Below the pieces are notes generated by a model. It did no database searches. It saw only the letters and a list, made by a program, of their open reading frames with translations, and had not been told where the DNA came from. From a bacterium (GTDB lineage: Bacteria; Patescibacteriota; Minisyncoccia; UBA6257; UBA9933), in contig JAJYHZ010000001.1 in NCBI GenBank assembly GCA_021796335.1, forward strand, positions 1-55,755: a stretch of DNA of 55,755 nt, written 5' to 3'. A program made the translations under genes and the position numbers. This document shows, one piece after another, positions 18,107 to 27,239 of the stretch. Numbering within the stretch: the stretch's first letter is position 1; the number at the start of each line of letters is the position of its first letter.

Positions 18107-18505
18107 ATGGATAAAAAACCTTTGGTTTTGATAATCGACGACGAAGAAGACATCCGCACTATGGTCAAATTAAAGCTGCAGGCTAACGGTTTTGATGTCA
18201 GAGAAGCCGGCGACGGGATCGAAGGATTCGATTTAGCCAAAGAAACAAAACCGAATTTGATTCTGCTTGATCTTGTCATGCCGACATTAAACGGCGTCGA
18301 AACTCTTTCCCGACTTAAAACCGAAGATTCCACCAAGGACATCAAGGTATTCCTATTCACCGGAAAAGGCGACCCGCGTCCGGATATAAATGAAGCCAGT
18401 AAACAATTTGCCATTCAAAACGGCGCCGTTGACTTCATCCGCAAAGAAACCGACTTAAATGAAATCGTCAATATCCTTAAAAAAGCAATCGGCATCAATG
18501 CTTAA
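18107..18505 (+). CDS. single-domain response regulator 2
   Basis: IIDDE, LDLVMP, FTGKGDPRP, FIRKE. Confidence 0.92.
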   Translation: MDKKPLVLIIDDEEDIRTMVKLKLQANGFDVREAGDGIEGFDLAKETKPNLILLDLVMPTLNGVETLSRLKTEDSTKDIKVFLFTGKGDPRPDINEASKQFAIQNGAVDFIRKETDLNEIVNILKKAIGINA

Positions 18506-18884
18506 ACAGCCCCTGGTTCTTATTGTGGATGATGAAGAATACATCCGCGAAATCATAAAAATTAAACTGGAAGCTAATGGCATAGAAGTAAAAGAAGCTG
18601 GTAACGGATCGGAAGGCTTAATTTTAGCCGTTAGATATATTCCCAATGTCATCCTATTGGATTTGATTATGCCGATTATGGGAGGGGTTGAAACTTTAGC
18701 TAAACTTCAGGCAAACGAAAAAACCAAGGACATCAAGGTATTCCTATTCACCGGAAAAGGCGACCCGCGTCCGGATATTACCGAAATGAGTAAAAAATTT
18801 GCCATTGACAGCGGCGCCGTTGACTTCATCCGCAAAGAAACCGACTTAAATGACATACTTAAGGAAATCCAAAAGTATATTTAA
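18498..18884 (+). CDS. single-domain response regulator 3
   Basis: ATG 18498 overlaps the RR2 stop; IVDDE, LDLIMP, FTGKGDPRP, FIRKE. Confidence 0.92.
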   Translation: MLKQPLVLIVDDEEYIREIIKIKLEANGIEVKEAGNGSEGLILAVRYIPNVILLDLIMPIMGGVETLAKLQANEKTKDIKVFLFTGKGDPRPDITEMSKKFAIDSGAVDFIRKETDLNDILKEIQKYI

Positions 18885-18894
18885 TAACCAAAAC

Positions 18895-19083
18895 ATGGAG
18901 ATAAAATTTTCAAAACTAGAGACAGTTTCCGGAGCGCCTTTGTGGGTTTTAAATATGCCATTCGCGGAATCGGTTGCGGCAGGCGTGTTTGTTCATACTG
19001 GAAAGAGTTATTATTGTGAAGCAAGGAAAGAGATTTTCGCGTACTTGCAAGAAAAAATTAAGCAGCTTGGATACAGACTTTAA
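18895..19083 (+). pseudogene. chimeric gene remnant: M16 peptidase N-terminus fused to an unrelated C-terminus (SPASM-like)
   Basis: MEIKFSKLETVSGAPLWVLNMPFAESVAAGVFVHTG matches M16 N-termini but HXXEH never follows; the ORF ends KSYYCEARKEIFAYLQEKIKQLGYRL. Confidence 0.55.
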
Positions 19084-19098
19084 GAAAGGAGGACTGCC

Positions 19099-19221
19099 AT
19101 GGAGGCTATTGCAGGCGTACTTGAAAGATCAGTAAGAAATGCCTGGAGTAACTGGCCGGATTGGGAAAACGATGACGAGTTCCCTGATTGGGAAAATGTT
19201 GGCGGAAATCCGCCTAGTTGA
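19099..19221 (+). CDS. 40-aa Trp/acid-rich peptide, putative RiPP precursor (not in ORF track)
   Basis: AAGGAGG at 19086-19092, ATG 6 nt later; MEAIAGVLERSVRNAWSNWPDWENDDEFPDWENVGGNPPS; TGA TAA double stop; terminator follows. Confidence 0.8.
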   Translation: MEAIAGVLERSVRNAWSNWPDWENDDEFPDWENVGGNPPS

Positions 19222-19225
19222 TAAA

Positions 19226-19255
19226 AAGGGCTGCCCTGGTTTGTGGGCAGCCCTT
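19226..19255 (+). terminator. intrinsic terminator-like hairpin after the peptide gene
   Basis: AAGGGCTGCCC-TGGTTTGT-GGGCAGCCCTT, a perfect 11-bp stem, followed by CCTCTTATTTT. Confidence 0.75.
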
Positions 19256-19361
19256 CCTCTTATTTTAACATTGAATAAATCTGTCTTATATAAAAGCAAA
19301 GTATTTACTTGGCTGAAAATTTTTTGGAAAAACATGGGGGAAAATGGTATATTTTCATTAA

Positions 19362-20165
19362 ATGGCTAATTTTTTTATTTTAAATAAATTAAAAAAACTA
19401 TTTGGGAAAACGGAAAAAAAAGCAGAGGCCGATGTAATTAAAATTGAAAAAGCAGTTAAAAAGGAGGCAGGAGAATTTATTGAGGAATATAAAGAAACAA
19501 AATTAGCCAAATACGGCTATTCTTTTTTAAAAAAAATCATAAGTCCCATCATTAAATTTTTTTGGGTGGCTGAAATCGAAGGACTTCATAATATTCCTAA
19601 AGACGGAGCTGTTATAATAGCATCCAATCATGAAAGTTACTTTGATTTCCTGTGTTTTGCTTCTATTTCTCCCAGAAAAGTTCATTATCTTGCGGCTGAA
19701 AAGTTTTTTGAAAATAAAATTTGGAATGTCTTAATGCAATTAACCGGTCAAATTAAAGTAGATCGAAAAAACCATAACAAATCGAAAGTCCATCAACAAG
19801 TTTATTCTGCGCTGTATCAGGGAAGGGTAATAGGAATTTTCCCCGAAGGGACCAGATCTCCGGACGGGAAGCTTTTAAAAGCTTTTACCGGGGTTGCTAA
19901 ATTCGCGTTGAATTCCAAAACGCCGGTTATTCCAGTCGGTATGACGGGAACTTACGAAATAATGTCTCGCCACGATAAATTTCCTAAATTTAAAAAAGCA
20001 AAAATAAAAATAGGAGAACCCATGCATTTCAAAGAATTTTACGATATGGAACACGCCGATGATCATTTTCAGGCCGTTACTGATAAGATTATGCTAAAAA
20101 TCGCAGAATTAACCGGAGAAGAATACGTTCATGCGCGATTTAATAAAATTAAAGATAAAAAATGA
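19362..20165 (+). CDS. PlsC-like acyltransferase 2
   Basis: SNHESYFD (HX4D), IFPEGTRSPDG, AFTGVA, IPVGMTG. Confidence 0.92.
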   Translation: MANFFILNKLKKLFGKTEKKAEADVIKIEKAVKKEAGEFIEEYKETKLAKYGYSFLKKIISPIIKFFWVAEIEGLHNIPKDGAVIIASNHESYFDFLCFASISPRKVHYLAAEKFFENKIWNVLMQLTGQIKVDRKNHNKSKVHQQVYSALYQGRVIGIFPEGTRSPDGKLLKAFTGVAKFALNSKTPVIPVGMTGTYEIMSRHDKFPKFKKAKIKIGEPMHFKEFYDMEHADDHFQAVTDKIMLKIAELTGEEYVHARFNKIKDKK

Positions 20166-20815
20166 AAAACCTGGTTATTTTTGATTTGGACAATACTTTA
20201 ATTAAAGGGCAAAGCCAGAGATTATTGCTTATCTATATGTTTAAAAAGAGGGAGATAAAATTATTCCCCTTTTTAAAAATTCTTTTATGGTTTGTTTTCT
20301 ATAAACTGGATTTTGTCAAAAATCCCAAAGAAATAATGGAATATAGTTTTCAATTTCTAAAAAATAGAAACGTGAATGAATTTGAAAAAAAAATAGGCGA
20401 TTTTTTCGAAAAAAAATTAAAAAATAAATTTTTTAAAGAGTCGCTGGATTTAATAGAAAAACACAAAAAGGAAGGCAGGGAAATTATAATAGTCTCCAAT
20501 GCAATAGAACCGTTGGTAAAAAGAGCGGCTTCGTTTTTGGGGTTGAATAATTTTATCGGAACAAAGTTAGAATACCAAGACGGCTTTTTTACGGGAAGAA
20601 TAGACGGAAATATTATCACGGGGAAAAATAAAGTTATTGAGATTGAAAAATTTTTAAAAAGCGATGATTTTAAAGAAATTTGGGCGTATGGGGATCAGAT
20701 TACGGATTTGCCGTTTCTGGAAATATCAACAAAACCGTTTGTGGTAAACCCTGACAGCTTATTAAGAAAGGTGGCGAAGGAAAGAAATTGGCCAATACTC
20801 AATTTTAAATTATAA
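20162..20815 (+). CDS. HAD-IB family phosphatase (SerB-like)
   Basis: IFDLDNTL (motif I), IVSNA (II), GKNK (III), YGDQITD (IV); ATGA overlap with acyltransferase 2. Confidence 0.9.
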   Translation: MKNLVIFDLDNTLIKGQSQRLLLIYMFKKREIKLFPFLKILLWFVFYKLDFVKNPKEIMEYSFQFLKNRNVNEFEKKIGDFFEKKLKNKFFKESLDLIEKHKKEGREIIIVSNAIEPLVKRAASFLGLNNFIGTKLEYQDGFFTGRIDGNIITGKNKVIEIEKFLKSDDFKEIWAYGDQITDLPFLEISTKPFVVNPDSLLRKVAKERNWPILNFKL

Positions 20816-20827
20816 TTAGTTAATTCC

Positions 20828-23029
20828 ATGAATTTTTTTGCACTGACAGGCTTGGCTAATGCGATAACAAGTACCGTTTTGGGTCTTTTTGTTTTCTTCA
20901 GAAAAAAAGAATTGGTTAATAAACTTTTTGCCTTTTTTTGTTTTGTAATCGCTTTTTGGGGATATAGCTATTATTTTCAAGACATTACAGCTATCCCATC
21001 TGAAGCGTTTATTTTGGCCAAATTATTAATTGCTGGAGCTATTTTTATACCAATTTCTTATTTGCATTTTGTCCTTGCTTTTACGGATTCTATTAAAAGC
21101 CACAAAAAAATTATTTGGTTCGGCTATATTTTCTTCGTAGTAATATTTTTGCTGGATATTTTTACTAAACTGGTTGTTAGAGGAGTCGGCCCTAAATTGG
21201 TTTTCGAATTTTGGCCCGAGCCCGGAGCTATTTTCCATCCGTTTCTGTTTATCTGGGGGTCATTTATGATCTACACGGTATATATACTCATAAAAAATTA
21301 CAAAATTTCTGAAGGGATTAAGAGAAAACAGGTACAGCTTATTCTAATCGGAACCATAATAGGGTATTTGGGTGGGGCTACCAATTATTTTCTTTATTAC
21401 AATATTCCGATCTTGCCTATCGGTAATTGGGCAATTGTCTTTTATTTGGGAATAGTCGCATACGTTATTTTAAAATATCAATTATTCAATATAAAAGTTA
21501 TTGCCACGGAAGCCATAACTTTTATAATATGGGCTTTTTTGTCCATCAGATTTCTGCTGGATACAGCCATAAGCGAAAGAATAGTTGACGGCGCTATTTT
21601 ATTTTTAGTCATAATATTCGGGATTCTTTTAATTCGCAGCGTTTTAAAGGAAGTCTCCCAGCGTGAAGAAATGGAAAAGCTGACCCATTCTCTCGAAGCC
21701 AGCAATATCAAACTCAGCACTGAAACGCGTTATTTAACCGATTTACAGGAATTCACAACTTCCATTATGGAAGATATAGATTTCAAAAAAGTTATCCAGG
21801 CAATTGTGGACGAAGTAAGCCAAAGATTTGGCTATATCGGAGCGGTTCTTTTTCTGGTCTCCGATGACAATAAAAAAATATCTCCTGTTGCAGTTTCCGG
21901 TGGGACGGCTTCGAAAATCGCTTTCAAATTGCTGCCCAAACAAATTGATCACTTTGATTCTCTATTGGAGAAAGATGCCACTTTGTCTTCTTTGGCAATC
22001 AAATCAAATCAGATAGAGATAGACGAAGATTTCTCAAAGTTCTTTTCAATTATTCCGCAAAATATTTTAATCGCAATTCAAAAAGTTTTAGGCGTAAAAA
22101 CCACTATTGCCATCCCGGTCAAATCAAAGGGAAAGGCATGGGGCGTTTTGGATGTCGCTTCTAAAAAGTTCAGAGAGGAATTTTCCAGCGAAGAACTGGA
22201 TGTTCTGACAATTTTAGCCAACCAAATCGGAATTATTCTCGACAATGTCGATCTTTTCGAACAGACCAAACAGTTAAGCTCTTATAAAACCGAACTTCTT
22301 TCCATTGTCGCTCACCAGCTCAAAAATCCTTTGGTTGTAATTAAGGGATATTCTTCTTTAGTTGATGATCAGACTATTAATGACATAGCTACCATGAAAG
22401 AAGTTTTCAAAAAGATTAAACTTTCTTCCGATAAGCTAATTATGCTCTTAAATAACCTTCTTGATCTTCACCATATTGAAGAGGGCAAGATGCATTATGA
22501 AATGCAGCCGGTTGAATTAAATAAAATGCTTAAAGATATTGTGGATAACTTCCAAATTGTCGCGAAGCAGAGAAAACTAAATTTGATTTTTAAGCCATTT
22601 CCCAAGGATGTGAACATAAATGCCGATCCGTATAAAATAAGCCAGGTATTTCAAAATTTGATCGACAATTCTTTAAAATACACTCCCGAAGGATGGGTTG
22701 AAATCGATATTTTAAACGATGCGGAAGAAAATTCCATCCTTGTTAAGATATTCGATTCCGGTTTGGGTATGAGCAAGGAATTGGTCGGGAAATTATTCCA
22801 AAAATTTTCCCGCGGGGTGGAAGAACAGCAAATTTTAGGAACTGGTCTGGGGCTTTATATCAGCAAAGAAATCGTTGAAATGCACGGAGGAAAAATTTGG
22901 GCTGAATCCGACGGCGAAGGAAAGGGCAGTAGGTTTTTTGTTAAATTACCTATAATAATCGGGTCCGTTACTGCTGTTCCAATAACTCAAAATAATTCCG
23001 CTCAAGAGCAAAAAACAGCAGTAAAATAA
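20828..23029 (+). CDS. sensor histidine kinase: N-terminal 7TM (HisKA_7TM-like) - GAF - HisKA - HATPase
   Basis: Multi-TM N-terminus; GAF (IAIPVKSKGKAWGVLDV); H-box VAHQLKNP; N-box NLIDNSLKY; DSGLG and GTGLGL. Confidence 0.93.
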   Translation: MNFFALTGLANAITSTVLGLFVFFRKKELVNKLFAFFCFVIAFWGYSYYFQDITAIPSEAFILAKLLIAGAIFIPISYLHFVLAFTDSIKSHKKIIWFGYIFFVVIFLLDIFTKLVVRGVGPKLVFEFWPEPGAIFHPFLFIWGSFMIYTVYILIKNYKISEGIKRKQVQLILIGTIIGYLGGATNYFLYYNIPILPIGNWAIVFYLGIVAYVILKYQLFNIKVIATEAITFIIWAFLSIRFLLDTAISERIVDGAILFLVIIFGILLIRSVLKEVSQREEMEKLTHSLEASNIKLSTETRYLTDLQEFTTSIMEDIDFKKVIQAIVDEVSQRFGYIGAVLFLVSDDNKKISPVAVSGGTASKIAFKLLPKQIDHFDSLLEKDATLSSLAIKSNQIEIDEDFSKFFSIIPQNILIAIQKVLGVKTTIAIPVKSKGKAWGVLDVASKKFREEFSSEELDVLTILANQIGIILDNVDLFEQTKQLSSYKTELLSIVAHQLKNPLVVIKGYSSLVDDQTINDIATMKEVFKKIKLSSDKLIMLLNNLLDLHHIEEGKMHYEMQPVELNKMLKDIVDNFQIVAKQRKLNLIFKPFPKDVNINADPYKISQVFQNLIDNSLKYTPEGWVEIDILNDAEENSILVKIFDSGLGMSKELVGKLFQKFSRGVEEQQILGTGLGLYISKEIVEMHGGKIWAESDGEGKGSRFFVKLPIIIGSVTAVPITQNNSAQEQKTAVK

Positions 23030-23277
23030 AATTAGAATGGAAAAATTAATTTCGAAAAAGAAGGATTAAAAATTGATAAAGAAAGAGTCTTAACATATTC
23101 AGAATTAAGTTGCCCCTTAGAGGGGATAAGCGGCTTTAAAAAAATAAGTAAATCTTACAGCGATTTACTCCTAAAAAATCAATAAATATTGGTTAATTCC
23201 CGATTATTTTTGCATTGTTTTTATCTTAATTTCTGCTATAATAAAAGTGCCATATTGGTGGCGATTTTTATTAAACT

Positions 23278-25323
23278 ATGCCTAAAAAATCAGACAAAAA
23301 AGAAGAAAAAGAAACCAAATCAATTGCAAATGGCAGTGCGTCTTACGGCGCAAAAGACATTTATGTTTTGGAAGGGCTAGAACCAGTTCGCAAAAGACCG
23401 GGCATGTATATCGGCTCAACCGGCATTGACGGGCTCCACCATCTTATTTGGGAAGTTGTCGACAATTCTTTGGATGAAGCAATGGCCGGTTATGCCACTC
23501 AAATCAAAATAGAACTTCTGCCGGATAGCCGCATTGCCGTAACCGACAACGGCCGCGGTATTCCGGTTGACATTCATCCGCAGACAAAAAAATCCGCCTT
23601 GGAAACCGTTATGTGTACTCTGCACGCAGGGGGTAAATTCGGCGGAGATTCTTATAAAGTCTCCGGAGGTTTGCACGGTGTCGGCGTTTCTGTCGTTAAT
23701 GCTCTTTCCAAATGGGTGAAAGTTGAAGTTTGTAAAGACGGCGGATTGTACACGCAGGAATACGAAAGGGGAAAACCTAAATATAATGTCAAAAAAACCG
23801 GCAAATGCGATTATAACGGAACCAAAGTTGTCTTTGAGCCTGATCCGGAAATTTTCCAAAAAATAGAATTTAATCGCAAGACCGTTCTTGATCATTTGCG
23901 CCAGCAGGCGTTCCTGATTAAAGGCGTCCGGATTGATATTGTCGACACTCGCGAAGAAAGACCTTTTTCATATTCGTTTTATTTTGAAGGCGGTTTGATT
24001 TCGTTTATCCAGTACCTTAACCGCAGCCACAAGCCGGTTCAGAAAGAAATTTTTTATGCCGATAAAACTTATGAAGGAATAGAGGTGGAAACCGCTTTTA
24101 TTTATGATGAAGACAACGAAACCCGCGAAATGGGGTTCGCGAATAATATCGTGACGCCCGAGGGCGGAACTCATATTACCGGATTCAGAACCGCTCTAAC
24201 CAGGGTTTTGAACGATTACGCCAGATCAAATAATTACATTAAAAATTCCGATGATAATTTGACTGGTGATGACATTCGCGAGGGATTGACAGCTATAGTT
24301 TCCGTTAAGATCACCAACTCCGAACTTCAATTTGAAGGACAGACCAAAGCCAAATTGGGAAATCCGGCTGCGCGTACCGCCGTTGAATCGGTTATCGGCG
24401 AAGCCCTGAAAGAATTTTTAGAAAAATATTCCAGCGACGGTCGTGCTGTTGTGGAAAAAGCTTTGCTTGCTCAAAAAGCCCGTAAGGCCGCAAAAGCAGC
24501 CAAAGATACGGTTTTACGAAAAGGAGCCCTGGAAGGAATGACTCTGCCGGGAAAGCTTGCCGATTGTTCAAGTCGCAATGCCGATGAATCGGAACTGTTC
24601 ATTGTCGAAGGAGATTCCGCTGGAGGAAGCGCGAAGCAAGGCCGTGACAGAAAATTCCAGGCAATTTTACCTTTGCGCGGTAAGATTTTAAACGTTGAAA
24701 AATCCCGTCTTGACAAAATGCTTTTAAATAATGAAATAAAATCGTTGACTATTGCTTTGGGAACTGCTATCAGTGACAGCTTCGATATTTCCAAATTACG
24801 CTACAATAAAATCGTTATTATGACTGATGCTGATACCGATGGCGCCCACATCAGGACTTTGCTTTTGACTTTGTTTTACAGATTTTTCAGGCCAGTAATT
24901 GAAAACAGCCATCTTTATATTGCTCAGCCGCCCTTGTATCGCATCCAATCCGGAAAGGAAATCCGCTATGCTTACAGCGATTCTGAAAAAGAAAAAGTCA
25001 TGGAAGATATGGGCAAAACGCAAAACGCAAAACGTGAAGCGAAAAAGGTGAAGGAGATAAAAACCGAATCAATGGAAACCGAACCGGAAACAATAAGCGA
25101 CAAAAAATTTAACATCCAGAGATATAAAGGTTTAGGAGAAATGAATCCGGAGCAGCTTTGGGAAACGACAATGAATCCGGAAAATCGCGTTTTGAAATTG
25201 GTTGCCATAGATGATGCCGAAGAAGCCGACCGCTTATTTGAAATTCTTATGAGTGATCAGGTTGAGCCGAGAAAACAGTTTATTCAGTCCAAGGCCACAA
25301 TGGTAAAAAATCTTGATATTTAA
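23278..25323 (+). CDS. gyrB: DNA gyrase subunit B
   Basis: VRKRPGMYIG, EVVDNS, DNGRGIP, LHAGGKF, EGDSAGG, PLRGKILNV, RYKGLGEMNP. Confidence 0.98.
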   Translation: MPKKSDKKEEKETKSIANGSASYGAKDIYVLEGLEPVRKRPGMYIGSTGIDGLHHLIWEVVDNSLDEAMAGYATQIKIELLPDSRIAVTDNGRGIPVDIHPQTKKSALETVMCTLHAGGKFGGDSYKVSGGLHGVGVSVVNALSKWVKVEVCKDGGLYTQEYERGKPKYNVKKTGKCDYNGTKVVFEPDPEIFQKIEFNRKTVLDHLRQQAFLIKGVRIDIVDTREERPFSYSFYFEGGLISFIQYLNRSHKPVQKEIFYADKTYEGIEVETAFIYDEDNETREMGFANNIVTPEGGTHITGFRTALTRVLNDYARSNNYIKNSDDNLTGDDIREGLTAIVSVKITNSELQFEGQTKAKLGNPAARTAVESVIGEALKEFLEKYSSDGRAVVEKALLAQKARKAAKAAKDTVLRKGALEGMTLPGKLADCSSRNADESELFIVEGDSAGGSAKQGRDRKFQAILPLRGKILNVEKSRLDKMLLNNEIKSLTIALGTAISDSFDISKLRYNKIVIMTDADTDGAHIRTLLLTLFYRFFRPVIENSHLYIAQPPLYRIQSGKEIRYAYSDSEKEKVMEDMGKTQNAKREAKKVKEIKTESMETEPETISDKKFNIQRYKGLGEMNPEQLWETTMNPENRVLKLVAIDDAEEADRLFEILMSDQVEPRKQFIQSKATMVKNLDI

Positions 25324-25432
25324 ATAAAATGACTATAGACTACCAATTTGCAGCTGACAGTTAAGAATAATTAGAGTTGACGAATCGAGTATTTTACCGT
25401 AGTCTGTAAGCTGTAGTCAGTAAACTCGTTCT

Positions 25433-25618
25433 ATGTTCAGTAAATTAGCATCATATATCCAGGAATCGCGGATTGAATTAAAGAAGGTTAATTGGCCGAC
25501 CAGGCAGGAAGCAGTTCGGCTGACAATAATTGTTATTATAACTTCTTTAGTTTTTGCCGCTTTTTTAGGTTTACTTGATATTCTATTCCATTATTTATTA
25601 GGTAAATTTATAATTTAA
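25433..25618 (+). CDS. secE: preprotein translocase subunit SecE
   Basis: ELKKVNWPTRQE plus one TM segment; directly upstream of nusG. Confidence 0.93.
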   Translation: MFSKLASYIQESRIELKKVNWPTRQEAVRLTIIVIITSLVFAAFLGLLDILFHYLLGKFII

Positions 25619-25668
25619 ATTAAAAGAACGCGAAAAAATAAAAAATAAATCGCAATTCTACCACCGGG

Positions 25669-26259
25669 ATGACGGAACAAAAAGAAAAAAAAGAAGAGGC
25701 TAAAAAAAATAAAAATGAACTTTCTAAAAAAGGAGAGCGGCATTGGTATGCCGTTCATACCTATGCCGGATACGAAGACGCAGTTGCCCGTTATTTAAAG
25801 CAGCGCGTTGATTCCTTGGAAATGCAGGATAAGATTTTCAATGTCATTGTTCCCAAAGAAAAGAAAATAAAAATAAAAAACGGTAAAAGAAAAGAAGTCG
25901 AAGAAAAACTTTATCCCGGCTATGTTCTGGTTGATATGACTATGGATGAAAATTCCTGGTATATCGTCAGAAACACTCCGCGGGTTATGGGCTTCGTCGG
26001 AGCGGATTCCACGGAACCAGCGCCTCTTTCAAAAGAAGAAGTGGATTTTTTGCTTGCCAAAACGCGCGGTGAAGAAAAGAAATTTAAGATTGAGTATCGC
26101 ATCGGCGAAACCGTAAAAATTATCGACGGACCGTTTCGGGAAGCCGAAGGGAAAATTGCCGCTATCGACGAAGAACAAGGAAAAGTAAAAGTTATGGTGC
26201 CGATTTTCGGCCGCGAAACTCCGGTTGAGTTAGATTCACTTCAAATTCAGAAATTATAA
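25669..26259 (+). CDS. nusG: transcription termination/antitermination factor NusG
   Basis: WYAVHTYAGYE, LYPGYVLV, VRNTPRVMGFVG, KOW GPF..FGRETPVEL. Confidence 0.97.
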   Translation: MTEQKEKKEEAKKNKNELSKKGERHWYAVHTYAGYEDAVARYLKQRVDSLEMQDKIFNVIVPKEKKIKIKNGKRKEVEEKLYPGYVLVDMTMDENSWYIVRNTPRVMGFVGADSTEPAPLSKEEVDFLLAKTRGEEKKFKIEYRIGETVKIIDGPFREAEGKIAAIDEEQGKVKVMVPIFGRETPVELDSLQIQKL

Positions 26260-26338
26260 ACAGATTTTGGTTATTAGTTTCTAGATTTTAGAATTTAATA
26301 CCTCTGCTAATAACTGAAGACTAATAACTATTTCAAAT

Positions 26339-26761
26339 ATGGCAAAACCAATTAAAACAGTATTAAAATTGCAAATTCCGGCAGGAGCTGCAAATCCGGC
26401 TCCTCCAGTCGGTCCGGCTTTAGGCCAGCATGGAGTCAATATCCAGCAATTTTGTATGCAATTTAATGAAGCTACAAAAACCATGGCAGGGGACATTGTT
26501 CCTGCTGAAATCACCGTTTACGAAGATCGAACCTTCGATTTTAAATTAAAAACTCCGCCTGCTTCGGATATGCTTAGAAAAGCGGCCGGAGTCCAAAAGG
26601 GCGCAGGCAATCCTTTAAAGAATAAAGTCGGAAAAGTTACCAAAGATCAGATTCGCCAGATTGCCGAAAGGAAAATGGCCGATTTGAACGCCAATAATAT
26701 TGATGCGGCAATAAAAATTATTGAAGGAACCGCACGCTCAATGGGGATTGAAATAAAGTAA
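26339..26761 (+). CDS. rplK: 50S ribosomal protein L11
   Basis: [32 protein letters not shown]. Confidence 0.98.
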   Translation: MAKPIKTVLKLQIPAGAANPAPPVGPALGQHGVNIQQFCMQFNEATKTMAGDIVPAEITVYEDRTFDFKLKTPPASDMLRKAAGVQKGAGNPLKNKVGKVTKDQIRQIAERKMADLNANNIDAAIKIIEGTARSMGIEIK

Positions 26762-26785
26762 AAAACGTTAGAAAATTTAAGTAAC

Positions 26786-26812
26786 AAAAGAAGCGCTTGA
26801 AGCGCTTCTTTT
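26786..26812 (+). terminator. terminator after rplK
   Basis: AAAAGAAGCGCTT-G-AAGCGCTTCTTTT followed by a T-run. Confidence 0.8.
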
Positions 26813-26877
26813 TGACTTTTGAAATTTCTGAAATATAATTTTTCCAGGACTGAAAAATTTTATAAGGAGGAAATGAT

Positions 26878-27162
26878 TTGGAGAAAATTAAATTCCGTTG
26901 GGCGTGGCTGGGGAGTGCCATGTTTATTGCAATAATTTTCAGCATTATGTGTTTGGGCATTCTCGCTTTTCGGGAAAAAGCCCAAACCTTGCCGTGGCTA
27001 TGGAAGGTTCTGACATCCAGTCCGGCAGTTTTAAGGCTGGGCGAATGGATGATATCTATTCTTAGAAACTACTTTACAAAAGTATTTTTATACGGAATTA
27101 TGCCAATTTCAATATTCCTAGGATTCTTCTTGGGAATTGTTATTGTCGTTGTATTTGAATAA
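26878..27162 (+). CDS. small membrane protein, hypothetical
   Basis: AAGGAGG 7 nt upstream of TTG; 2-3 hydrophobic segments; terminator downstream. Confidence 0.65.
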   Translation: MEKIKFRWAWLGSAMFIAIIFSIMCLGILAFREKAQTLPWLWKVLTSSPAVLRLGEWMISILRNYFTKVFLYGIMPISIFLGFFLGIVIVVVFE

Positions 27163-27172
27163 ACAGTATAAG

Positions 27173-27200
27173 GGGCGGCCAAAGGCCGCCCGTATTTTTT
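27173..27200 (+). terminator. intrinsic terminator
   Basis: GGGCGGCC-AAA-GGCCGCCC then GTATTTTTT. Confidence 0.75.
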
Positions 27201-27239
27201 TAAATTAATCCGCCAATTCTAATAACTAGAGACTAACAA

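Noticed and set aside
23036-23185. Open frame of about 50 codons after the kinase (NGKINFEKEG...)
   Set aside because: No start codon or SD, and no recognisable motif; at most a decayed fragment.
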